From assembly GCF_009914755.1 (NCBI RefSeq), contig NC_060935.1: a stretch of 64,000 bases of DNA; one strand, given 5' to 3'. Both the position numbers and the translations under genes were made by a program. Under the pieces are notes generated by a model, which worked only from the letters and a program-made list of their open reading frames with translations, did not search any database and had not been told where the DNA came from. Below, one piece after another: positions 27,961 through 41,989 of the stretch (within the stretch, counting starts at the first letter, position 1; each line of letters starts with the position of its first letter). This stretch comes from the human T2T-CHM13v2.0 reference genome, Homo sapiens.

Positions 27961-28599
27961 GTCTCCCCCAGAGCAGCTGGGAGGGAGGAAGGTGACATGA
28001 CAGGGTCGGGGTCCCTGGAGGAAGGAGCATGTCCATCAAAGGCACTTGGAGCTGATGATCCCACTCTCCCAAACCACTTCCTGCAAATGCTTCCTAGATA
28101 ATTGAAATAAAACAGGGTTTCTGTGTTCCCTCCTGAACTATAACCATCTCAGGCCTTCACTTTATTGTGTATAAAGGCTAGTGCATCAGGGATGGAGGAG
28201 GAAGACCTCCATTGTGACAAAGAACCCGTTGTGGCTTTAAAGTTCTTAATTGAACCTAGGACATATTTGGAGTAATTAGAAACAAAGTTTATCATTATGC
28301 TGGCCACGAGCAGGCCTGTCCACACTCACTGTCAGTTCCTTTCCCCCTCTCTCTGTAGTCATCTTTCTTTCTTGTATTGAAGGAAAAAATGTTTTTGATA
28401 TTAATTAAGTTACATGGCAATTTCCTCCCCCTAATTAAAGTGGAACCTTTTCACAGGACACTTTGAAGTGTGGCTCTGTGGATATAAGAAACTTTTCTTC
28501 CTTCGCCAGAGCTCTGTAGTGTCTCTTCATATTGTTCACTTCAGTCAGAATAAAACTCTTTCTGATAATGAAGGGAAGAGCATTTAACTTTTTCCAGCT

Positions 28600-29400
28600 A
28601 TCACACAGTCAAGTCAGCCTGGAGTGGGGTGTGGGGAGAGCCTGCTGGGGCCCTGGCCTGGGGCGGTGTGGGGGGCTTGAGCCGATGCTATGACTCAGGT
28701 GCACCTGGGAAGGGGTTGACTGGGGTGGCTGGATGGTGGGCGAGGGAGGCCGAAATGGGAATGGGGTAGTGGGTGCCAGGAGCCACTTGGAGCGGGGAGA
28801 TCGGAAGAGCCGCAGCATCCCATCCCCGGGTGCCAGCTCAGCTCTGTCAGCAAGTTCTTGCTGTGAGCTTTGATGTTGCGGGGCCTTCTGCTCTGATTTC
28901 CAAGGGACAGTTTCTGGCTTTGTTTGGGCTCAGAGGACCCCCTGAGATGCCCAGAGATGGGACAGTGACAATGACCTCCAGAGTAAACAGAGAAAGTGAG
29001 AAAATGGACTGAGGGTAACAGCAGAAGGAAAAATCAAGACAGGAAGGAGGGCTCAGTCCCTCACCCTGAAAGGACTCGCTCGCTCAGGGAGATATTTGAG
29101 ACTTTTCACACGCCGGTGATTCCTCCGACTTACTTCCCCTCCCTTCACCTTTTCCTGTCTCGAACCCCTCCAAATTCCCTCGAGGTGAGTGACGAAAAAG
29201 AAGGAGTCTTCTCCCCTCCCTGCCCAGAAACCAATTTCTCGTGAAAACACTCCAGGGAGGAAGCAGAGGCCACTGGTTTTTATCTGTGAATCTCACCGCG
29301 AGTGTTTTCCCTGTAGATATCGACAGCCAGTAAAATTCATATCACAGACGAAACCAGCAACAACCCCCATGTGTCCACTGCCTCCCCGTCAAGAGGCCAC
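28600..29400. promoter_or_regulatory. CpG-retaining GC-rich promoter/enhancer-like segment
   Basis: Many more CpGs than flanks, GC box (ggggcgg), G runs, consensus donor GAG|GTGAGT at 29184/29185. Confidence 0.4.
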
Positions 29401-29959
29401 CAGTCCAGAGTGTCAGATGCTTCAATTGGATTATTGCTGTTTCCCAGGCTATCTCAAAGTGTCTCCCAAATAGCTTCAAAGCCACTGACAAAAACAAATG
29501 GGAGAGGCCGAGTCTCTTCAGGAGGCACATGAGGGAGGTGGAGATGGACCACAGGTTTCCCTTTCATGGGTCCAGCTTCAGCAGCTGCTGGGCTCCTGTC
29601 TTGGGCCAAGGAGGCAGGAGCAGGTCCCCAACAGGAGGCCTCAGCTGCCTGTGTGGCCTGCAAACACCACGAGGATGAGGACAAAGAGGAGGAGCTGTGC
29701 CTGCAGGAAATGGGTGCTGATGCTGGGTTGAGGAGAGGCACAGGAAGGGGAGGATGTGGTAGAAGAGTTAGGAAGGTCGTGGGGTTTTCCTGATGTCCTG
29801 CAGCTTCCTTTAGTAACTTTAATTCTGCTCCATATTGGTTCAGTGATTCCTGAATGCCAGGCATTAAACAAGGTGGCAGGATGAAGGCAGAGTTCCAGCC
29901 CAGCAGGGAAGTGGCCCTCTGTACTGGTAACTCTAGTAGAAGGTGGTTGCATCCTGTAA

Positions 29960-31040
29960 ATGTAAGAGAAGAAAAAAACAACATGCTGTAAGAGGCTCAG
30001 GAAGGCAAACTTGATTCTGACTCAGGGCGATCTGATAAAAACCTTATGGAGGTATGATTTCAGCTGCCTGGATTACATTTGGGCAGGTGGAAAGATGGCA
30101 AAAGAAGAAGTTCCAGACAGAAGGAGCCACAGAAGAAAGGTGCTGAGGAGTGGCAGTACTAGTGTGTTTGGGTACTTTAGGAAGGTATTGTTTGAGCCTA
30201 AGGGCGATCCAGGGGATGTGGCGTTGGGGGAGGAGAGTGATGAGGGGTGAGGCATTGCAGTGAGGGAGTGCAGCGGCGTGAGGCTTGCCTATCAGGCTGA
30301 GGAGTGTGGCTTTTCTTTTTTGTATCATGGGAAGCCAGGGGAGACTTACGAGGTATGGAGTGATGGGATTAGTACTATATTTTAGAGAAATAATTCTGTT
30401 CCCTTTTGACACATACTCCCTTATCCTTTATCCCTGCCACATGGCTTGCCACTGAGAAGGCTAGGAACATGTAAACACACTTTAATGTGGGGCTTGGGAG
30501 AAATTCTGAGCCATGGCACTAGCTTCCCCTACCTCCTGAACCTGGTCTCTACTCATCTGCAGCTTCCCTGTGGGTAAGTTCAGCTAGGCTCCAAGGGAGC
30601 AGGGCACAGAAGACAGAATTGCTTTTCCCAAGGACCCTTGGTTAAGTAAGCACCATCCTCATCCCTGGCCATGCTGACTTTGATGAGGGATTATCATGAT
30701 AAATCCATTAAATATACCAATGCCAAAGGATTTGCAGGAAAAGGGTGATGGGATTTAGACAGGGATGGGATTAATCTGGGAAGGCTTCCTGAAAGAGGTG
30801 GCCTTATGTTTGAGATCTCACAGGTAGTGGTAAAATGAGTTGGTGGGAGATAAAAGGGAAAGGCCATCCAGCAAGATGAATCATCAAAGCAGAGGATAGA
30901 AAATATGACCAGGGGCAAGGGCACAGTGCATTGGGGAGGAAGGCGAGATGGGAGGGTTGTAACAGGACTTGAAGGTGGAAATGCCAGTCTAGGGGGGCCA
31001 TGAATTCTGGGTAGTGGAAGTCTGTAGGGTGGTCTATAAA
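29960..31040 (-). mobile_element. L2 fragments
   Basis: gttccagacagaaggagcc, aatctgggaaggcttcctgaaagaggtggc L2 motifs. Confidence 0.5.
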
Positions 31041-31280
31041 TAATGGTCCATGTCAGCCCATTTTTTGGAGCCCTTCCTCCTTCACCTCCACCAGGAGTAC
31101 AAACAGACTCCCCTTATTTTGTTCCCATGGGGTACAGCTATGCAGGATGGATGACAGTAGACCCTCAACTGGTTCATCTGGAGTAGTCATCAAATCCTCC
31201 TGTAATTAGCAAGGGTGGGAAAGGTGCTCTGACCAGGGCAAGTGGCCCTGCTGAACTGAACAGTAGAAATGACATATGTG

Positions 31281-31567
31281 CAGTCGTCCCTCGGTATCCG
31301 TGGTGGATTGGTTCCAGGACCTCCCACAGATATCAAAATCCATGGATGTTTATGTTCTTCTTGTACACTTTAAATCATCTCTAGATTACTTCTAATACCT
31401 AATACAATGTAAATGCTATGTAAATAGCTGTTATCCTCTAATGTTTTGGGAATAATGGCAAGAAAAAGTCTGTACAGGTTCAGTATAGACACATTTTAAA
31501 AAATATTTTTGATCTGCAATTGGTTGAATCCATGGATACCAAACCCACAGGTACAGAGAGCTGACCG
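31281..31567 (+). mobile_element. MER2 (Tigger-family MITE), internally shortened
   Basis: cagtcgtccctcggtatccgtgg...tttaaatcatctctagattactt...ttggttgaatccatggatacc. Confidence 0.85.
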
Positions 31568-31789
31568 TGTATCTATTCTGCAAGGCAGCTAGGCCCAAGG
31601 CCTGAGTGATAACCTGTGCTCTTTCTGTCTTGGCAATGAATCTGTGCTGCCCAGCTGAGAGGCAGGATTGGGTTTTAGATGTGCTGTGAATACTGGGAAC
31701 TTACTCCAAGGCATGGCTTCATCAGGAAATCTTCTTGGAAAAGGCACCAAACTCCACCTGGAAGAACAGGTAAGTAAATAAGTTGTTTA

Positions 31790-32010
31790 ACAACCATTTT
31801 GTGCCTTATGCTTTTATAAAAGCCATCCACATACCATTTAATGTTCACAGAACACTTATGAAGACTCCAGGAGAGATTTTGTTATGCCCACTTTACAGAC
31901 AAGGAAACTGAAGCTCAGATAAGTAGTTTTTCCCAAATCCCACAGTTCCTAGTTGTAGAGCAAAGACTCAGTCCCTTTTCTTCTGAGGATAAGTCACGTG
32001 TATTTTCTGC
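31790..32010 (-). mobile_element. MIR
   Basis: cactttacagacaaggaaactgaagctcaga. Confidence 0.7.
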
Positions 32011-34519
32011 CACAGACAGGGTCCTAAGGAAGATAAATTTCTCTTCATCAGGACGAGGTATGGTTCTTGAATCCAACACCTGATTCTTATTGCAGAGATT
32101 CCTAAGGGCTGGGTCTTTAGCACTGATGAAAGCCAGATTCCAGCCGCCAGCCATAGGAGATACCTGCAGGCGTTCCAGCCAACCCAGAGACCTAGAAAGA
32201 AAACCCAAGCATTCTTAACCTTTAAAAAGATCTTAGCCTGTGGACAGATAAATTAACTCCAGGGCTCTGGGGAGATTAAACCTTATTTTATGGTTTGCTT
32301 GTTAAAAACGCATAACTCGAAATCTCACCAGAGATTGCAATTAAGATAGCACGGGGCTAAAGCTATATGAGAAGTATTATTTACTCCGGCTCCCTGCAAA
32401 GTCCAAAACGACAATGGGCTTTTCCATTTCGTAACATGCAGTCGATCTGAAGCCACCTGCCTTTGTACCTAAAATGCTTTAGGACACGTGCTTCTCTCCC
32501 AGCATAGCTGCTACCACAGTTCTGTTATCCTTTGTGGTTGCCCAAAGTAACCATAAAAACCTAAAGTTAAAACAAAGTTTGCAGGGCGTTAATGTTCAAG
32601 AGACACCAAGAACATTTTCTACCATCTGCTTCTCTACTGTTCCCACCTGAGGGGCCCTTTTTCTGTGTTCGCCTTTGAATGCCTGACATGTATGAGCCCC
32701 AAATAGCTCCCTAATTTCTAGCAAAGACCCAGGAAAAGCCAGATCACCCCAGAGCCGACTGATCTCACTAAAATATGACCGAAAGAGCCATTACAACCCT
32801 TCTCAACCATTGCTATTAGAGATCACACATAGTGACTCAAATTTTTTTCCTCCTCTGGAAGTTCTGTGAAAAGTTGGTTACTTTGTGTGCTCAAAGACAA
32901 TTAGCAAGAAAGACTGTTTAGATTTTCTTTCTGGGGTCCTCTTTACTCCTTGAGATTAATGGTTTGTTTTTCCATCTTCTGTGTGTATAGAGGAGATGCG
33001 TAATGAATTTATGAGCTCCTTTCTTTGAGAAATTTCATCTTAGGCACTGTGGTGTTGTGAGGGTCTTTCTCAAATTCATCTTTTGCACATGGAGTATTTG
33101 GTTAGTACTCAGATTCCTGACTCCATTCAAGAGTTGCTCAACCAAGTGATTCTTATAATCAGGTGAATTTGGAGATGCTGGTGTAGTGGAAAGAATGCTC
33201 TGCTGGGAGGTGGGAGAACTGGGTTTTAGACTAAACTTTATTAGCTACTAACTGTTTGATCTTTATCTAGCTAGTTGTTAAATGCCTCCTTGTAAAAGGA
33301 GAGGGAGCTATGATTAAGTGTGCCAGGCATGTTCTGATTGCTTTGTAAGCATAAACCCTACAAAGTAGCCTCAAGGTCACACAGCTAGTCAGAGGCAGGG
33401 CCAAGGTTCAAACAGATTGGCTAGACTCATGAGCCCTGGCTTCTAACTACTATGCTATGCTACCTCTGTAGATAGGTTCTCTCAGCTCCACTGTCCCACA
33501 AGTTTCTTGTAGCCAAAGAAAAGACCTCACACATTCTATGAGAAGGAGACCTTCCATTGCAACTTGCTCCATCTCTGTCCTGGGCTAATCCCGCAGCTCC
33601 CAAATAACATAAAGACTTTGGACCAGCCCTGCATTTTTTTTTCCTTTCCTGGTCATTATCTGGGGCTGATTTGGCCAAACTTCTAAGTCTGTTGCCTAGC
33701 AAGTCCCAGCACATCTGGAGTCCTGCTGTTGTCTCAATTGCACAGCTGTCTGCGGCAAAGATGCAGTCATCAGAAAGCTGCTGCCCAATGGAAATCCAGG
33801 GAGCAATCTTTATATGGATCAGCTCTTTATACCTTTGTGTGGATTTCGCGTCTCACTCACAAAGACAACGGAGCAAGCTAGCAGAGTTCATACTGAGATG
33901 TGAGTGGCTTTATAACCAGCATGAGGAAGATTTCCACAGAAAAACCTCTTCTTTCCTGGTGACAGACCTGAATTTTTGCTAAGGGGGGAAAAAAAGCTCT
34001 CTCTTCGAGAGCATTTGTGTGGACCCAGGTGCTTTGAAATGGAGAAAAGCCAGAAGATTCCTCTGAGGCAAAGAGATACCGCCAAATAGTGCAGGCCCCA
34101 AATTTAGGTTTTTGTAGACCTGCACATTAAAAAGTTTCCAAAAGCTTAAGGAGGCAGAGCCAATTTGAAGCTTTTATTTCGTGCAACAGAGTAGAGGATA
34201 TTGTTTTGGGGGTGGGGAAGATTGAAACCTGCAGTGAAAGTAAATGAAAAACCAAAATCTCTGCTGGAGGTATAGATAAAAACCAGAAAATAAAAAAGGA
34301 AGCAAAACTGACCAGTCTTATTTAGCTCCCCAAGGAGAGACGTGCTGCAGAAAAGAAGAAAGTAACAACAGTCTGCCCTGTGATCTCGTATTCTATTAAT
34401 CAGGCCTCTCCGTAGCTGACACTCTCCCAGACAAAGGCCATTGATGTTCAAAATGGCGACACAGGCACTGTAGGGTCCTGAAGTGGCTTCTGCATGAACA
34501 AAGCCCAGTGAAATTACAC

Positions 34520-34700
34520 TCAATGCTGAACTTCAGAATGTCAAACCTGGATGAGACCTTAGAAGTCTTCCAGTCCAACCCCCTCATTTTGCAGTTGAGG
34601 AAACTGAGGCCCAGAGGTCATGAGGCTGTTCAATGTAAAACTGGGAATGAGACCCCAAGCTTCTAGATTCTACCTGCTCTTTCCTTGACACCATGCTGAC
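34520..34700 (-). mobile_element. MIR/MIR3
   Basis: gtccaaccccctcattttgcagttgaggaaactgaggcccagag. Confidence 0.7.
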
Positions 34701-34739
34701 AACTCAAACTCAATTGTTATCATTATCTGAACATGAGTA

Positions 34740-35230
34740 ATCTGAATAATAATAATGGGGTTACTTTTATTTGCCGTGTTATTTGATGGAGTACAGCTCA
34801 TCAATGGCTCAGTTAATTAATATATTAATTCTATTAGCAGTTTCCTCCCCCTGTGTATGGTGTGTGTCTTTAGCAACACTGTGTTCCAACGTGCTGCTCT
34901 GTCTCTATGAAGGCCAAAAAGTGATCCAATGAATTGAGAGGATAATTCCCTCCCTCTCTGGGTATTGTCGCTGGCCTAATTGATTAATTTTACCTCCTTC
35001 CCAGTTTAGAAACCTGGACACAACCAGAGCTCTTCACATTAAGCTGTCAGTATTGTCATTCACATTTGTATCAATAATACTGAGCTGTGACAACTTCCCC
35101 TAGTTTTAGGCCTAAATCCTATTTTATAATATAAATATCACACTCTAGGCAGGGCACCATAAAGCAATTATTGCACTTCCCAGGTGAGGTGAATTTCTTG
35201 GCCTCGACTCTTCAAGGCAGCACCTGAGAT
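34740..35230. promoter_or_regulatory. Candidate conserved enhancer (homeodomain and TALE motifs)
   Basis: ttaattaa, ctaattgattaatt, two tgtca and one tgaca in non-repeat DNA. Confidence 0.35.
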
Positions 35231-37989
35231 GTGTTCTAATCACTCAGAGACACTGGGACAGAAGATTATTATACTATTAGATAGTGTAAAAAAAAGAAGA
35301 CACCTGTTCAACTGGCAGAGTGCCAAGTCCTTCCCTCCAGAGAGAATAATGAAGGTGGGCCTGCTTGTGAATGTATGTTGTGGTGCTGTAGGAACCTGTA
35401 ATAAGGGAACCTATGCTAGTTGAGGAGCCCAGGACGGTACTCCTGAATTTGTACTGAGCTTTGCAATGTTCAAACACCCTTTCCCTGCATTGCGGTGCTG
35501 ATCCCCGCAGCAGCAGTTTGTATTTTTATCTGGAAGGTAGATTATTGGACGATGTCCTCAGTAATGCGTTTTCAAATCTCTCATTGTACAGATGAGGAAA
35601 CTGAGGATTAGAGAGGAGAAGTAATTGGGTATTCAAAGAGCTGGTATTCAAATTCAGATCTTTCTACCCCCGCCCCCCGCCCCACCCCACATGACTTAAT
35701 ATGGATTATCCCCACACTCCAGCAAATTAGGTCTGGCAAAAATGAGGTTCTGAGTTTCACTCACTGACCGGATATTTGTTTGCTGACCTGACATTTGTTC
35801 AATTAATATCAGTAGAATGCCAGTGACATATAAGGCACTGTGTCAGGCTGAGGAGTACAGGTTGCTAAATTACCCTTTAAACTCAAAGAATACTTTTTGG
35901 ATAATTTTTAAACTTCCATGATTAGGAATTATTGTGGATTCCAGGTGGGCATCCGAAAAATATCTTTTAGGGAGAAAGTGGTAGAAGGGTTCAGAAGAAA
36001 CACCCATATCATTGTTTCTAGTTTGCCTCATCCTGAGAGGGCTAATGCAGTCTGCCCTTCAACCCACACCTACCCCTCACATCCAGCTGCCCCACACAGA
36101 CAGCCACAGGTGATCTGTGTTGGGAAGAGCCCCCCCCATGCAAGCCCCACGCATGGTTCACAGTACCGTACAGTGGTGCACACATACAGCCTCACACACT
36201 GCTTGGCTGGTGCCATTCACCCACATTGCACTCTGGTCCATGACTTCCCTCCTCCAGGTCCCTGGTCTGGTGAGACTGCACTGTGGGAGTGGTGCATATT
36301 GCCTGAGAGCCACAAACACCCCAGAACATCTGCCTGTCCCCAGGCTAACGTCCTGCTGCCGCCCGCAGCTCCCTGGCCTCTTCTCCCTGCATACTCAGCA
36401 ATCACTCCAACCTCTGTGTCACACTTTCCCGGAGCTCCCTCTGACAAGTTTATCAAGTTGAGAGAGGACACTGTCAACAGGCGCACACACACAAAAAAAA
36501 AGTGAAAAAGAAAGGGAAAGTGGGGAAAAAAGCTCGGGAGCCTCCCTTGGTGCTGCAAGGACACCTTCCCACCCTCCCAAGCTCATGCAGGCAGGCTGGG
36601 AGGGGCATCCTCATTCTTCCCCATCACTTGATTCTTAAGTGAGCCTCCTCCGTGGGTGCCTGGTGCAGTTCCCTCCTCTGTGGCGTGGGGTGGGAACGGG
36701 GGAGCATCACGTTTCAGTAGGAGATTGCTTGGTAAGACAATGGCTGAGCTGATAATGCCAGCAAAGTCATGACACAAGGGACCTCTTACAATTCTAATAT
36801 CCAATCATCTTTAAAATATTACCGTCTAAGACGGATTTGAGCAGGGGCTATAGCAAACAATTGATCCCAGTATATTTACTGAGAGTGCAGGCACCCTGCT
36901 GAAATATTCATCTGGGCTGGGGAGTTGGAGAGAGGAGGGACTGAAAAGCATTAGACTGACCAATTATTTCTAAAAATCCTTTGAAAAAAAGTTTAATTAG
37001 GGAAATACAGATGCTACTATGTATGTATCTATCTATCTATCCACCCCTCTGAATCCTAGTCTTTATAAAAATTCCAAGAGTCAGCAAAATAGAAGACTTG
37101 CCTCCTTTCTCAAGCCTCTCCTCAACTCTGCCCATCCCTCTGCCCGTGTCCATCCCCCATTTGACTACTGAATATTGTTCATTGGTTGCCTGGGACCTCT
37201 TTTCTTTGGGACTCGGCTCTTTCCCGCTTTCTGCATTTCCTCCTGCATCAGTGACTTTCCTGTCACCCCCTGGAGGATCTGCAGCCTCAATCCAGTCTGG
37301 AGGGATGTGGTCCAGCCCCAGGACATTCAGAGTACGGGGCTAGGCTCTTGTATAATAATAAAGACCTTGGAAGTGGGAGGTGAGCTGGAGTATTGAGCAA
37401 TTTATCCCGCACACATGTCTAACAGAACAACATCAGTCCTCTACCTCCCCCACCCATGGAAGCATCAATAACATCAATAGAGCTGCTGCCCCCAGCATCA
37501 GCCTTTCAACACGGCCATGAGAAGAAGGACAAAGAAACAGCCCCTTTTGTGGCAGAGCTGAGCTTATTGCTTGCAGTTAATGGGAGGGTAGAGGAGAGGA
37601 CCAGCCATGTGGAAGGCTGAGAAATTCCAGTCACTGACAAGCAGGGCCATGGTCAGAGGAGCCAAGTGGAGCCTCAGGCTGGACATGGGCCTGGGACCAT
37701 TGCAGACACTGCTGGAGGAAGGGCACACGCCTGTGGCCCAAAGGAGCAGCCGAACATCATCTCTGGGGAGACGGCCCCCAGAGAAAATCCTGTTCATATT
37801 CCCAGCAAGAAGGACCACCAGTATCTCTCCAGTTAGAGGCATGGGTTTCTTCCTAAAGATATGGATGAGGATACTTGCATTCCCAATTTCATATTTGTTT
37901 TGGAGACACTGGCCCACTGGTCCCCGGAAACTGCCATGTGCTGCCTCTCGTGTCCCTCTGACTTTGTTCTTCCCTTTGCCTGGAATGCC

Positions 37990-38270
37990 TGGCTTTGGGA
38001 AAGATGCCTCTGCAGGCTCTGGTTCAGGTCCATTGTCTGTGAAGCTTTGCCTGACCTTCTTTAGGGTGAGCTCTTTATCACCCCTTCTTGTGTTTCCATA
38101 GTACATTGTGTGGATTTCTGCATCACGAATCATCATATTAAATTAGAACTTTTCTTGCCTGTCACTTCCTTCGATTGTCATCTCCTTGAGGGCAGGGACC
38201 TTCTATTTTTACACCACTGGTTCCTTGTAAAGTGCCTAGCAAGTAGGTGGTGTTCAAAATCATGCCAAAT
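37990..38270 (+). mobile_element. L2 3' fragment
   Basis: ctccttgagggcagggacc...gtgcctagcaagtaggtgg. Confidence 0.6.
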
Positions 38271-38385
38271 AGACAGAGCAAGGCCTCTCATTTTCCCTCA
38301 GTCTTTGCCAATAAGAAATGCTTTCTTCTATGCTAAATCAATTAAGCCATGAATCAACTCTGGGTCAATGAACAAAATATTAACT

Positions 38386-38640
38386 TGACAGACAGGAAAA
38401 ATAAGTTCAAAAGATCTATTGTACATCATGGTGACTATGGTTAACAACAATACATTGTATACTTGAAGATTGCTAAGAGAGTAGATTTTAAGTTTTCTTA
38501 CCACAAAAAATAGCTATGTGAGGTAATGCATATGTTAATTAGCTTGGTTTAGCCATTCCATTTAGTACTCCCTTGGTATACGTATATTGAAATACCATGT
38601 TTATACCATAACTATATATAACTTATTTGTCCATTAAAAA
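38386..38640 (+). mobile_element. L1MA (L1MA7-9-like) 3' end
   Basis: gatctattgtacatcatggtgactat...attgctaagagagtagattttaag...tatgtgaggtaatgcatatgttaattagctt. Confidence 0.85.
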
Positions 38641-38667
38641 GATATATAAAGCACATGTATAAAAATA

Positions 38668-38746
38668 TGAACTCAAACCATATGAAATTAGTAATATTCA
38701 ACTATTTTACACCTACAAAAATGGTTATTTCCTATGCTTCAACCCA
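38668..38746. mobile_element. MADE2 mariner-derived palindromic MITE
   Basis: aaccatatgaaatt...cctacaaaaatgg...atttcctatgcttcaacc. Confidence 0.65.
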
Positions 38747-40955
38747 CTCTCTAGCATAGACACTACCCTTACAGAGGAAAGGAATAAAAGAAAACCAGCA
38801 TTTATTGAACACAGCTTTGTACCAGGCACTTTATAAACATCATCTCATTCAGTTTAATCCTCATTTACTGATGGTCCAGGAGATAAAAAATAAACATCAG
38901 AGAAACAAAATATTTAAATGCTGAGATGGGTGGTACAATGGGGCAGTGGGATGGGAAAAGAGGGTTAGTTGGCTCAGAAAGGCTTCACATCTGGGGGGCT
39001 TCAGTGAACCCTGAAGGGCCGGCCTCTTGAGGCGGCCTTGGTAAAGCCAGGCATCCCTCTCCTTTTTCCCATGACACACTCGCTCCACTTATCTCCATTA
39101 TTACTCTCCTCACATGACATCCTTGCTATTAATTTACTCATCTGTTTCATTACTCCCCTCTGGGTCAAGCCCTCAAAAGCAGGGGTTGCATCTTGTTCAT
39201 CTTTGTATTCCTCTGCCCGGAGCCACCTGGCAGGCATGCTGCTGTACTCAAATGTTTGCTGATGGACGAATTCAGAGAAGGCCATGCAGGGAATTCCCTA
39301 CAATGAACTCAAGGACTTCTCTGAGTCAGATATGCACAAGCTCCTCAACTTCCCCACCAGGGGACTTACGCACTTACAATAAGCCCTGCTGCTCCCTGTG
39401 TCAAGATATCTTGCCCCTCGCTGTCTCTGAAGAGCCCCCTCTGGCATTAAAGCTCATCTTGACTCAGGAGTATAGGGCCTAATAGGGCTCAGCTAAGCAA
39501 TAAGGAGGACAAGACCCCAGAAAGGATTACAATTCCAAACAAGGGTCAATAGACACATTCTCTTTCCATTTCCTGTTTCTCTCTCTGGTTAGCATAGTTC
39601 CTAAATAAACCCTAATGTCAGACCCTACAGTTGTCCTTCTGTAAGAAGCCAAAGGTACATTTGGGAAGACGCACACTATACTCATAATAACAGCTATCAT
39701 TTACTTAGCACTCTAAGATAGGTATTTCATCCCCATTTTATAGAAGGAGAAGTTACACACCTTGCTGAAGATTACAAGCTACAATTCCAGGTGCCTCTGA
39801 TTCTAAAACTCATACTCCCAATCACGAGGTTTTATCAGCACAAAACCCAGATTTTCGCTATCACCAATTTCCCAGAATGTCTGGAATTTGACATGTCTGT
39901 CCATAGTCTCTGGTGGCCTGAGCAGCAGTCAGGGCCAGAAGTGCACCCAGGAGTCCTCCCTGCTCCTCAACCATGGGGACAAGTCAGGCAGACATTTTAG
40001 CAATCTTGGTCCTGCACCAAGCCCAGCTTTGTGCCAGGTCTCGAAGCTTTTCATTCATCATCCTCTATGAGGAATTAAATCATTGGGGTTGATTTATGAA
40101 AAAAGGAAGGAGCCTTTGCCAACAGAACCCATGCTGCTCCCTATGTCATGATATCTTCCCCCTCCCTGTCCCTGAAGAGTCCCCCAGGGATTAAAACTCA
40201 TCTTGAATCTTAGACACCAACTCATTGTAGATTTAAGCACATGCCCTCCTGACCTCTAGGATTGGGTGTTTTTTTTTTCCTCTTAATCTTTAAGGAGGCG
40301 TATCTCCAAGGGGAAGGCAGAGAGAGTTTCACAAAGAGGAGATGGAGGTGGCAGAGAGAACAAACCCTGCATATGCTAAGAGCTCTATTCCACAATTTGA
40401 GTGACAGTGAAGACACCTCTTGTCAAATTACTGCTTCAGTCAAACACAGCTAACTCTCACCAAAGTTGACAACAGAATGATTCCGTTTGAAAAAAAAAGA
40501 AAGGGTGAGAGAAGGGTGGAATTGAACCTTGGGCTATTAACAGGGTTCCCATGTGTTCTTACAGACTCTTTAAAATGCTTTGCTGTTGGTGGTTGTGGAA
40601 GATAAAGGTCCATGTTCTGTATATGCCCAGACTATTCTTTTAGTTGAAATAAGACCCCTCTGGGGAAGCTGCCATGAGGAAGCCGGGCCACCCAGGAGTT
40701 ATGGAAAGCCAGTAGAAGTGGTATTCCACCACAGTTGTCTCCTGGCCCCTTACCTAGTCACAGGGTGCGTACAGAGATCTCTGTGCCTCTGGACTGGTAG
40801 TTGTAATTCAGGCAGAATAGCAGGTCATGCCCTTTCAAGATATCAGTGCTGATATGGCAGTGGAGAAACAAAAGCAGAGATTGAGTCAAGATCAGACCCT
40901 GGGGAGAGGAAGCACGTTACCAAAGCTAGTATGAATGAAAGAATGGATAAGGTAG

Positions 40956-41506
<551 letters not shown>

Positions 41507-41989
41507 TCAGAGCCCCGTTCCACCAGGGAATGTGTCATTCAGCCCTTGGTGAAGCAGTTCTTGCCCCGTATTAAAATTTTTATCATAATGATTGCTGATG
41601 ACTCCATCAGAGCTGTCTCCTTGGGTTTTACATTTGGCCTCCTGCAAACTCTTATTTCTATATGCCCTTTAATCTGTGTCTTACTAGTCTGGACTCTGAC
41701 CCCCCATCTATTCCTGACTTTACATTTTTGACTTGGTAAACTTAATTTCTAATTTCCTGCCTGTATTTATCTTTTAATAACTCTCTGCTCCCAGCTACAA
41801 ATCAGCTCTTCTAGATCTAGTGTCTTTCTGGTGATTCTTCTCTTACTGCTGCTCTGGGGCCAAAATGATCACTGTAATCCTCAAGGGAAGTAGAAGCCAT
41901 GTGATACCAGCCATCCACAGATGATATACCATTTCTATAAATCCAAGTTCACCAGTAAGTACTCATTATCTTACAATTATAGACAGTTG

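Noticed and set aside
29454-29984. 176-aa ORF and acidic EDEDKEEE stretch on the other strand
   Set aside because: Low-complexity GA-rich DNA; no exon structure or known protein match
35485-35502. REST/RE1 site
   Set aside because: Only the CAGCACC half is present
35918-36505. 195-aa ORF
   Set aside because: No recognisable domain, Pro/His/Ser-biased, no convincing splice or promoter context; expected by chance in GC-richer DNA
37564-38136. Overlapping 190-aa (-) and 164-aa (+) ORFs
   Set aside because: Partly inside an L2 relic; no homology I recognise
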